NCBI GenBank assembly: GCA_040954595.2
Contig: CM082576.2
Span: forward strand, 13,643,129-13,707,128
Reading direction: 5' to 3'
Source of the DNA: Balanoglossus misakiensis
Lineage: Eukaryota > Animalia > Hemichordata
Length of the DNA stretch: 64,000 nucleotides
Position 1 is the first letter of the stretch; every line of letters begins with the position of its first letter. A model generated the notes under the pieces. The model worked only from the letters and a program-made list of their open reading frames with translations, had not been told where the DNA came from and searched no databases. Of this stretch, positions 37,999 to 59,742 are shown piece by piece. The translations under genes and the position numbers were made by a program.

Positions 37999-39010
37999 GT
38001 GGAAGAGTTTTTAGAAAACTTTGCCCCTTCCCCGGAAGATTTAAATAGCGATGCTGAAGAGATTCTAAATAGTCATATTACAACTCAAGAAATCGTCTGT
38101 GCACTGAATAAGTTAAAAGCTGGTAAATCCCCGGGTCCGGATGGTATCCCCAATGAATTTTATCGAAATGCAAAACAAAGTCTAATCACGGTACTTGATT
38201 TCACGTTCAATGCCATTTTTGACTCTGGTGTTTTTCCAAGCGAGTGGAATAAGGGAATAATTGTACCACTTCATAAGAAGGGTAGTTTACATGACCCAAA
38301 CAATTTCAGAGGCATCACTTTATTGAATTGTCTAAGCAAGATTTTTACTTTTATACTAAATCAGAGACTTGTAAAATGGGCTGAAATGCAAGGTTGTATC
38401 ACTGAATGTCAAGCTGGTTTCAGACGTGGTTTTAGCGCTGTTGATAATATCTTTGTTCTTCACATTATGGTACAGAAATACATGTACATGTATCTTTCTA
38501 GATCAAAAGGTCGTTTCTATTGTTTGTTTGTAGATTTCAGTAAAGCTTTTGATTCAGTAAATCACAATCTCTTGTTATACAGACTTTGTCTAGAGGGTGT
38601 CATGGGCAAAATGTATAATATTCTTAAATCCATTTATAAAGAAGTTAAATCTTGTGTCAAGAGTCGAAATGGAGTAACCGATTTCTTTAATTGCTCTGTC
38701 GGAGTTCGACAAGGGTGTATGTTGAGTCCTTTTCTTTTTTCTCTGTTCATCAATGAATTAAATAATATGTTAGTAAATTCGGGTAATCATGGTATTCAAA
38801 TCACTCAAGAACTTTACGACCTATTTGCACTTCTTTATGCTGATGATGTTACAATTTTTAGTGATACGCCAGTTGGGCTACAAAGACTGATTAGAGTACT
38901 GGAATGTTTCTGTCATAAATGGAAACTATCTGTAAATATGGAAAAGTCACAAATAATTGTTTTTCGTAGAGGGGGTGTTTTAAAGAAATGTGAAAAATGG
39001 TTTTATAATA
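37999..39010 (+). mobile_element. Non-LTR retrotransposon (LINE) reverse transcriptase fragment, truncated at both ends
   Basis: 343-aa ORF with KSPGPDG, NFRGITLL, QAGFR, FVDFSKAFDSV, GVRQGCMLSPFLF and LLYADD. Confidence 0.95.
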
Positions 39011-39109
39011 GTTGCCACCAAGTATGCTAATTTCACCCAAATATGCTAATTTTCACCTGAGAGGTCTTATATCCGCAACCAAATACCCGAGCGCACCGTT
39101 TATAACCTC

Positions 39110-39470
39110 ATTATAATATAATTTTGCTTGATAAAGATGAACAATTTCATTTTTTCAAATCCGTTGTTTGGTTTGGGATAAATCGTGCTAGTTCTAGGGC
39201 CTCGTCGCGCACTGTTCCAGAACGCGCAAGCTGAGCTCGTGCAAACGCGTTCTAGAATCTCTAAAATCACGCGATTTTATGCCACCGCCAATAGAATGTG
39301 GAAAGTGCGTTCTATTCAGGCGCGTTCTCTTCTACGTGTTCTATTTCGGTTACTTTTTAAAAAAGTATTCACTGTTCAGGGTCCAGGTACTAGGTCTTCT
39401 TGTAGAGAATATAAACCCCGGCTCCAGCCAATCAGCGAGCTGGATTCACGCCAAGCATATTATAATGATC
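39110..39470. mobile_element. Non-autonomous element with imperfect ATTATAATAT..GCTTG terminal inverted repeats
   Basis: CATTATAATATAATTTTGCTTG ... CAAGCATATTATAATG. The right end recurs at ~35390-35455. Confidence 0.5.
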
Positions 39471-39686
39471 AATCAATGATAAACACGTATAATTGCATGT
39501 TGCTTTTGAAATCAGGGATCTACATGTGCTTAACGGAAATAAATTCCCTATTCTTGTGCACAGAGTTGTTTTACTAAAAAAAACCCACCTGCGGACAGTT
39601 ATATATTTACAAAATACCTATACCTGATTGATATGACATTATCAGTCTAACTTCAGATTTTTCGCAAATTGATATTCTACATTTAG

Positions 39687-50353
<10,667 letters not shown>

Positions 50354-50534
50354 AACAAACGTACTTATGAATAAACAATACAAGCCTCATTATCACCATG
50401 GAAATGTTCACAAGGCTATTTGCACATACATGTATGTCGATGTTCGTTTGCGTGTGTCTTTTTACTCACCGATACTCAAGAATGACGGAACAGAGATTCA
50501 AGCGAATTTCGGAACTCAAGTACACGTTTAACAC

Positions 50535-51015
50535 AGCAAGGTTTGGTTAACTTTTCTTCTGATATGTATGTTTCTGAAGACGAAGTAATTTCTGCTATAC
50601 ATAAGTTACCTGACGATAAGACAGCTGGCATTGACAATATTTCAGCTGAGCACCTCAAACTCTCAGACTCCTCTATTTTACCCATTTTGACTTGTTGTAT
50701 TACTGCTATGATTGTTCATGGTTACCTGCAAACTGAGGCTATCAAAGTTATTTTAGTTCCAATTATTAAGGATAAAACTAAGCTTTGTAGTGGTGCCAGT
50801 AACTACCGGCCGATAGCACTAGCAACTGTTTTCTCTAAAGTTGTTGAGCATATTTTACTTTCTCGTTGTGAGGAGTTTCTTACCTCTCATTATTTACAAT
50901 TTGGTTTCAAGCGAGAACATTCAACTGACCTGTGTTTATTTGCATTTAAAGAAATCATTAGCTACTACACCAGCAATGGGAGACCAGTGTTTACTTGTTT
51001 TCTGGATGCTTCAAA
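50535..51015 (+). mobile_element. LINE reverse transcriptase N-terminal fragment (second family)
   Basis: KTAGIDNISAEHLK, LVPIIKDK, NYRPIALATVFSKVVE, QFGFKREHST and CFLDASK. Truncated before the YADD motif. Confidence 0.9.
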
Positions 51016-51210
51016 ATGCATGTCTCATATTAAATTCTGCTGAGGGAGTGCTTAAAAAATAGCCTTACAAGGAAGCGGGGGAGTTCGAAACCCTACAATC
51101 GGCCAACAAACACATTCTTCACTTGTTTCGAAAAGTTTAATTTCTATTCTAATATTACTATACACTAAGAGGGTCTTTTTCACCAGATTATACCATAGTC
51201 ACCACCTAAG

Positions 51211-51340
51211 ATGGTTGCCCGACAAAAACTCCTAAATTACTTAATATAATAAATAAAATTCCAAAGTTGTCCCAATGGTTGCCCGACAAAAACTCTTAAA
51301 TTACATAATATAATAAATACAATTCCAAAGTTGTCCCAAT
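51211..51340. repeat. Two-copy ~64-bp tandem duplication
   Basis: ATGGTTGCCCGACAAAAACTC..AAATTAC..AATTCCAAAGTTGTCCCA starts at both 51211 and 51275. Confidence 0.9.
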
Positions 51341-52523
51341 TTCCAGGACAAGTAATTCAAACAATTAAATGATTTCCGATCCTTCGCATTAAAGTCTCTC
51401 GCCATGAAACATTAGAAAAAAAAGGGTATTGTCTTTCATACTTTCTGAGGTGTTACGATATATACAAGCTGGAATTTTTAATCAAAGAAGAGAATTGTAA
51501 TTTTAATTGAGATCTGTAATTGTGAAAGAGTCTATATTCATTTATGTATAAAGGTCAAAAATTATTGTGTAAGATTTAAATGTCAACGTTAACAGGTTAC
51601 TAGCAATTGTTTTTGATCACTTAGATTTGTTCGTGATCGTCGAAGTGATAAACAATTCAAGGATTGACATTTTATTTACAATTTCTGCCAATGACTGACA
51701 ACCAATCAGAAGAATATGCTGTGTTGTACTTTTATAATAGAGCGATATTAATGATTATTCAATTTTGCTTCTTTCGAGTGCTTTATAAACTCTATAAATT
51801 CTTATCTTATGACATGCCAATACACTTACAGATAGCCGTGTGTTGTAACGCCTCTTCCTGTAGCAATAAAGTCTACTGACCTCCACTTTGTGTTTCAACG
51901 AGTCTCTACTTTGGTAAGATCTCTACGTATCTCTTTGCAACCGCAATGTAAGATTTCCCAGCAGTAACAGAGGTAGATGCTCGGTGTAAGAAATAAACAG
52001 ACTACGGCAAAATTGTGGTAAAAACGACGCTTTCCTTTCTAGATAAACAACATGACGTCATCATTGAAGCCGATGTCTTGTTACCCTTCACAGAAAGAAG
52101 CCACCCATCACAAAAGTTGTTTATTGTATGTGTGAAACGGGAAACGATGCGCGTGCATCTGCCCAGTTGGCACGCTTTTCTTCAGACAACTGTAATGTAA
52201 TGTCCGAGTTTTGGGGTTGCTTTGGCGGGTGCTACACCCCATATAATTGTTGAAAACGTGTTGAAGTAGTTTATGTTGCTGTTTCCTATTTTTCTATGGA
52301 CTTTGTGACTGCAGTGCACTGCTCGTTTTCCGTTTTATTGGCCTGGAAAATCACTGCGTTGCTACTGCACTGCACTAGCTATAAGCGATCTTCGATTTTT
52401 TGTGGAGATAGAACCCGTTTCATCCAGATAGCACTACTCTGTTGTCTCGAATACTGTTATCGCTTTCAAAACAATGATTATTTATTCTTTCCTTGCCGAT
52501 AAACAGTTTGTTTGATAAGAGTT

Positions 52524-53205
52524 GCTGGGGTTACACGTGAATAATTTTAAACCTGAGTTGATCGGATTTGTCGCTCTGTAAACATTCCTTATCAGCGACT
52601 TAGGAGAACGCTCGTTTACACGTCAATTTACAAGCTCTAAATTTAGTTCGGGTCAAGCGCCCTCAGCAGTATTCACTGGGCTAACTCAACTTAACCACAA
52701 TCGCCAAAACGACGGTTGTGGTCGGAAACAGTTTTGTATTGGTTTCGCAACCGTTTGATTTTGTTGTGACATTGCTCCGCGGTTCTGTCGAGTCCCTTCT
52801 CCCTGGCCTTGGCAGCGATGACCTCATACACTCGCCTATCCCTCGACGTGCCGTCCATCATACGGATAACGTTTTCGTCTTTCCAGATTGAAATCAGTAG
52901 TTTGACTTCGTCATCTGACCAATTGTTGCCGCGATCGCGGGAGCATTTTGCTTGAACGCTGTCCATCGTGGTAATGACCGCGAGCCGGAAGACAAGATTT
53001 AGTGCGGTGTTTAGTTCGGCGATCGGGTCACACGTGTGAAGAGGTCATTGTTTAAGACGGCGCACCGTACCTGAACCACCCCTCCGACTCCGGATTATTT
53101 TAATGCGGTGTTAGTCCGGAGTTGTCTGGTCACACGTCAAACTGACACCGGGTTAAATTTAATCCGGTGTCAGGTCCGGAGTAAACAGGCACGTGTAACC
53201 CCCCC
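52524..53205 (-). mobile_element. Internally deleted PIF/Harbinger transposon
   Basis: TIR GGGGTTACACGTG (52527) ... CACGTGTAACCCC (53190-53202), with subterminal CACGT/CCGG repeats. Encloses a Myb/SANT ORF and no transposase. The TSD is unclear. Confidence 0.75.
52691..52966 (-). CDS. Myb/SANT-like (trihelix) DNA-binding domain ORF, 91 aa, Harbinger accessory protein remnant
   Basis: NWSDDEVKLLISIW...VYEVIA...GLDRTAEQCHNKIKRLRNQYK..DHNRR. Starts at ACCACGATGG. Confidence 0.75.
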   Translation of the reverse strand: MDSVQAKCSRDRGNNWSDDEVKLLISIWKDENVIRMMDGTSRDRRVYEVIAAKAREKGLDRTAEQCHNKIKRLRNQYKTVSDHNRRFGDCG

Positions 53206-54513
53206 TACTACACGTCCAAGCTTCGGACTAATCTCTTGCCGTTGCCTTGTAAACACAATCCCGATGTAATGACCCGCCCATGTTTGCAGAGGAAATAGAT
53301 TATGTCACATAGCGGGAGTGCCTGGGCGTGTTTACCTCAGAATCGGCGAAGTTTTTCAGCTTAATTTCCGTCGTTGAATTTGATTTCATGTCCGATGCAC
53401 ATTCAAGTTATTTAATTACCCCTTGTCGATATATTTGTGGGGTTTTTTTTACGTCGATACTTTCGAGGCAGGAGAAGAAATAAGTGTCAACAATGCAAAT
53501 TGCCGTTTTTCTCGGTTTGCATTTTCGCTGCTTTTGACAACTTCGGACTAAAATAGCTTCGCCCTGCGTTGGCCGAATTTGCTCAAATTTTGACAGGGAA
53601 TTGTGTATGATTCATCCAACAAAACGGTAGTTTTGTTTGTCGATAAAGTGTCCCTGGCGGGAATAAACTCTGATTCAATACAACTCACCGTGAATTTGAT
53701 CAAATTTTCTGAAAATCTAACTTTCAAACGCTGTTACTCCTCAATGGAAGCAGATAACGCAAAACAAAATTACCGTTTTTTTGCACGTGTACTCTAGTTT
53801 CGAATGACATATTAAGATGCATGATGCATGGTCAACTTTTTTACCTATTTTAAATTTCATGACATAATATCAAAAAATGGTTTTTTTCACCCAAAATCGC
53901 CACCATTTCCGGGGATCAATAATATTTGCAACTCAAACAAAAGTTCAAAATCTCAGCTTCCAGAATATATATGGTTTATGGGGGTTTTAACTTTGTCTTT
54001 GATGAGAAATAGGCCTCTGAAAAAGTCTGGACGGTTTCATGCAGTGCCACCTTAACTGAACAAGTCACATGGAAGGGTTTTGCCAAACACAGTCTGTCGA
54101 TAGAGGGCGCCGTGTCTCAAAACAGTACGCACCCACCGAGCTTTGCATTTCTGACGGTCTCGTGGGTCTGTTCATGTCATGTCCCAATCGTGTCTGCTTT
54201 GGACACGAGTCTTTTATCATTGTCATGGTGATATAAGTGATGCCGAGGCCATAAATTTTGCCAAAAAGCAGTGAAGGTTACTGTGCAGCTTCGCTTGCAG
54301 CGGGGCTTGCAGACAGACAACAACCATTTTAAATAAAATTATTATTTTCAGCAAGGAGTTATTGTTATATGCATATGTCTATGCATATATCAATAATTCA
54401 TACCTGCATGGGCGCAACTGCCCCATTTCAGGATAAAGTTAAATAGAGCGAGAAAGAAGGCAATTTGCGTTATGACTATTTAATGGCAAAGTTTAAAAAG
54501 GCAAACAAATTAA

Positions 54514-55016
54514 AGGCACGTAAGCTGCAACTGGATAAAAAATTAAAGTTTTAAATAATCTCATATATGCTTTTAATTATGTCTATTAAATGCTATTTCA
54601 TGATAATATATCAAGCTCAACACTTATTTATGACAAAATGGCCAAAAATTAAAGAAAAACGTAAATTCCTGCAATTTTAAAAAAGTGCAATATTGCAATG
54701 AAAAATGAAAATCTGATGTCTCAGTGGTGTACATTTTCTTCCATGAGCTCAAGTGGATGAGATCATGTTTTGTTTATGATGTTTCACAACCGGAAATGCA
54801 ACATTTTCATTGTTTCTTGCATTTTCCCACGGTGGCGGCCATAATCGCTTGCGGCAAAGGTTTATTATTTATCTGGTTAAAACTTGCATATGCACTCATA
54901 TTTAGGGTTTATAATGCTTGTGTATTGTTCACTACCTTCATCTGCATGGACTAATGGTAGTGCAGTTTGAAACAAAAATTATGAAAATTATCCCAAAAGT
55001 TACAGCTTACGTGCCT
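54514..55016. mobile_element. TTAA-flanked non-autonomous DNA transposon (Kolobok-like)
   Basis: TTAA|AGGCACGTAAGCTGCAACT ... AGTTACAGCTTACGTGCCT|TTAA gives a 19-bp TIR with one mismatch and an intact TSD. Confidence 0.88.
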
Positions 55017-56043
55017 TTAAGAGAACCGGTGGATTCTACGTGGTATGGCCGTAGGCTAAGAGTCCATGAATTTCTTAGACTATAAACCCAACGGAAACTG
55101 ACACTAAAATGTCACACACAGCAAGATGATATAGATCAGTGCTAAGAAGCGTACAAGATGAAAGTTCGTGGCTCCATAAACTGTCGTCACTATCCTCTAC
55201 TCTGTCAGATCCCGACAGACGATTCCCAGCGGGGAGTCAGGTTTTCTGAATCTATGATGTCAAATTCACACAACTTCAGTATTACCAAGAATGTGGACAA
55301 CATCAGCGGTCTATGTTAAGATTTATAAAGGACAGGGTACCTGGGTTCAGGATACCGCCAATTATAGCAATAACTGGCTTGTCTGTGATCATACAGAAAA
55401 TCGATTATAACTGTGTACATTTGGCAAGATTTTTTAATGAATGAATTCACTAGCATCTACTCTGTCAGATCTCCGACTACATGTATACGGTACCTCTCGG
55501 GTGACGATTCCAAGCGTTACATTTTGCAATAATTCTAAATATCATTCAGAACTGTTTATATAAGGAGACCACTGTGTATAATTATTTTATTTATCAAAAC
55601 TATTCACCCGTATACAAAACGAGATTCAATTTTAAATCATTCCACGTGTACATGCATGCGTATGTATCATTTTATGTCCAGAACAAGAAAGTCTCATGTA
55701 CGTATACAGATAACAGTGGTTTTGAAAATGCTATAATCTGGTAACCACCACCAACGGGTATATGTATTGATTTGGGGTTGGCTTAATATATAAACCCATA
55801 CGAGCAATACCAATCCAGTATATACCAGGAATCTTATATGGGAAAACATTTAACTCAATGTGTGCTAATGACCTAATTATATATAACAAACATACAACCG
55901 CAAACGTCAACTCTGGCAAACTTCTTAGCAACTGCAAACTGAACGACTTTTCTTGACACCTCGCGCATGAATGATGTACATGTATGTGCATTACAGTACA
56001 CATCCGAGATGAATTCGATGTCATTATTATTTGTATGTTTGAG

Positions 56044-59000
56044 CTAATTACCACTTGTGGTTACGAGTACGATTAGAAGTATAATCCGGATTACGCCAAT
56101 GACAGTAGCGACCATTGACCAGATGTACGAGAACCTGGTGCAACGATCAGCTCTTTCTTGGCCTTCATAGCTTCTCCGATATGACATGGCCTGAAATAAA
56201 CACAGGGATGTGAATTTGACTTTTGGGTAGATTATTCACTGCATGTAAAACCTAGTTGTTCAATTTGAACAAAGTGGTAGTATGCTAACAACAGCCAAAC
56301 GTTGAGTTTCGTTTTAATACATTATGAAGTTCTTTTCTGATTAAAACAACCAAAGTCAGAATACTCAAACTATTATTTCAATGGAAACCGTCTCGAAGTG
56401 AATGCAAAACCACGTGAACGTGGATAATGTAAAGACATTTCATCTCACGGAGTATACACTGTCAAGCCCCTGATTCTGCCGCGTCATTGTTCGCAAGAAC
56501 GAGTCGTTTGTCACGTGACGCGACACAAAGGAAAAAGGGGAAAGCAATATTTACCAAAGCCGAATACACGATAGCCACGATACCAAAGACCCAACTGAAG
56601 AACAGGAAGGCGCAGATGGCGTACACCATGGCGCAAGTGTCTTTGGCTGTGATCCTGCCGTCAAATTCTGTGTGCGTCACGGTAACTCCCGGCTGGCACG
56701 TCTGCAGTGTTAAATACAAATTGAATACTTCATTTCAAGTTCCTTCACTCACTACTAAAGGTGATTAAAAGAAAAGTAAATCAACTAAAGGAAGGTTTCC
56801 ACGTCATTACAAACTATATTTTTATTGTTGCATTGGTTCTTCCAAGAATGTTCCATAGCACACATGTTGATGGTCAAAATGTTTGTCTAGGTACATGTAT
56901 ATGTATGTCTGAGTGTTTGTCCATACAGGATTTGCTGGAAAAAATATATTTTAACAAAAAGTTATGAAATACAATGTATATGACAAGTAATGTTTGGGTC
57001 ATGTAAACAAGACAAACCTTTGAAATTCGTTTTTTTTTTGGGGGGGGGCACGCAAAAGTAGTTTTCCAGTACAATGTTGAGGTAAAAATGAAAGGCATAT
57101 AGACGTACCACACCCACGGTATTTTGAACATGGGTACCATACTGGTAATAACCGGCTCCACCAGGTGCGCTGTATTGTTGGTAAGAATTGGGGTCGGCAG
57201 GATATGGTGGTTGGCCAGAATACGGAACTTGGCCGGGAACTGCCGGTTGGCCAAGTGGTTGCTTCTCGGTCATGTGTTGGTTGTCTTGCGTTTGCGCATA
57301 CCCGGTCATCATGCCCTCACTGACTTCGGGGTGGGACACCTGTTGATATGCCGGTGGTGGCGCTGTTTCGTCTTCAACCGGGTTGTCTGTGCATGTGATA
57401 AATAAGTCAATTATGCATACATGTGTTATCTTCAAAGGACCATTATCTCATCATGATCAGTACAAGCAATAAATTATATCGGTTTATTGATGATGTATTA
57501 AATACATCGATTTGATAAGTCGAGACGCGGAAATACCGTTGCATTATTCGTGATATAATTATAACACGGATGGAACGCAGCCAAGAAGACCCGATTGTGA
57601 ATTCACGTTCAACAATCCGTCCGAATGACATGTGGTATTACTCAGTGATCAGAACAGAAACAGAGCTGTGTTTAGAGGGAATCTACAGATTTAGCAAATA
57701 AATTTAAGATTTAATATGAAATACAATAATTGCAGACAATACAACAACAAGTGGTTTCACTTTGCTCAATAGCTCGTATTTCATTTCTTGGAAAATGTCT
57801 GCAACGGCAGCCCGGCGCAGAACGGCACCTGCACCGTTTGTCAATGTCAATGTCAAACTACGCAGCCGTAAAGAACGCCCGATTTTTCTGGCTGTGATCC
57901 AGAAATTCTTACAACCAAAACACAAACGCCTTGCTAGCATGCAGCACTGCAGTATAAAAATCAACGATATCGACTCGGAGAGTTAGATAAGATAGATGAA
58001 AGAGTTGACATGCATGGTTTTGAACTCAGCGGGAGTAGACATTCAAATGCAACACATCATGTATGTCCCAAACACCTAAAAAACGTACCACTGGACACAT
58101 CGAAAAATTGCCGGGAATTCATCCTGAAAGTGCAATAGACAAGCTCAGCAAAGGTCAATATATGGGCTGGAGATTTCTCCACATAGCATGAACGAGTGAC
58201 CTCAATGGAGTACAGCTCTTTTATAGTTTGGTTTAACTTTGTTGCGAGTTTAGCAATTTTATTGTTATTTAAATATTTCTATAATTAGCTTCATCGCAAG
58301 TCTGGTGCAAGTGTGCGGTATTTGCATATTCTGTGTTGAAATAAAAACAGGTTTTTATTTTTTGCAGGAAAAATCACTTTTCGCGCTGCTTTTCTCAGTG
58401 GCATCAGGGAAATGATTGTAGGTAACCTTACCATATGAAAACTTTATTCCAGCTCACATCAAAGAAAAAAACTATTTTAAAACGTTTTATGCCAAATTTC
58501 AATATGGCGGTATAATAGCGATAAAACATGCGTACGTACTTGTGTACGTACGTTTGTGTGTATGTTTGTTTGATATAAATATACTATTAAATGTGAAACG
58601 AAAGCCAGAACTGCACGCACACGATATCTGGGCCTATACCCAATTACGGTAGTAACTGTATGACAAGATAGGGTTCTGGTCTCTCGGCGGAAGGCTATAG
58701 AAATGTATGTCGTCACTGACAGGTGACTGTTGACTCATCAGTATCAGCTGACGACGACGTGATGGTCAGCAGTTCAAAGTACAAAATAGACTGTCAGTGA
58801 GGACATGTTTGTTTTGAGGGAAAAAATATGTCATGACTTCAGCCACAGTTGCTTTTTTCGTATATATTGTACTTGATTCTCTGTTTTTTACATCTCTGCG
58901 TTTTTTGTTCACACTTTCAACTGTGCGTCTATAAGAGTCATTCAAACTTTCCATCCAAAGCGTGGCAAGATAAGTGAGTCTGCTGGTAGATACTGAACTG

Positions 59001-59321
59001 CGTTGTTACTTTTACACTGTTTCAAAGCAATCTTAGAATGTCACGGTCGAGTATGCCATGCAGATGTTGGATTAAAAACTCTCGACTCAAGCGAACACTC
59101 AATATCCCCGAGAAAGGTGGAAATACAGTTTGGAAGAGGCGGAAATGAAAGACGAAGCAGGAAAACGAAACGAGGAAGTTGTGATTGCTCAATCAAATCA
59201 GCCCGCACAATTTCTTTCTTAATCGTCTTCCAGAACACGGAACTGCCAAGTGTCTTCCAAGACATTTAAGTAGAGGTGCAAAAGTTCAAGAAAACTCACC
59301 GTAGCCCTCTTTGTGAGACAT
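56044..59321 (-). CDS. CD225/dispanin family (IFITM/PRRT-like) membrane protein with Pro/Gln/Tyr-rich N-terminus, 197 aa; exons 59321-59300, 57386-57109, 56701-56555, 56190-56044
   Basis: gccATG MSHKEGY|DNPVEDETAPPPAYQQ...GV|TCQPG..KDTCAMVYAICAFLFFSWVFGIVAIVYSAL|AMSYRRSYEGQERADRCTRFSYIWSMVATVIGVIRIILLIVLVTTSGN*. Has the G-x-x-A-x-x-YS CD225 signature and two hydrophobic segments. All junctions are GT-AG and in phase (594 nt). The first exon is the least certain. Confidence 0.82.
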
Positions 59322-59742
59322 GGCTGGAATTGTTGCTTTGAAACTGTCTGACTGAAGCTCGCTCTAGTCGGTGTCCACTTCTCTCACAGAGTTCACAACG
59401 ACCAAACTGCTGACAGCAGCACGTTGGACGGTTCCGTTGATAATTAACTCGAAAATATCACACGTGAAAATTTCCCGCCATGCACCAGACTTGACATTTA
59501 CGCCCACTTGTTTTTACCATATTGGGGCATATCTGCCAACGCCAAACTTTAAGGGGAGTGCCAAATGACATGCAGCATTCAATAAAATAAAACTGGATTG
59601 GACAATGCGGCGCTAAATGCTCACTTGACCGAAATCCGGCGTGTGTCAATCAATGGTTTTCTATATGTATGTTGTAATCTGACGGACAAACTAGGACACA
59701 CCACGTACTTTAAATCGTGCATTGGTGCCACCCTCCAACAGT

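Noticed and set aside
53210-54055. Possible additional TTAA-ending transposon (GCAGTGCCACC|TTAA) and other repeat-like tracts at 32060-33300, 47620-47800 and 48500-49270
   Set aside because: They look repetitive, but a matching second end or TSD could not be established by eye.
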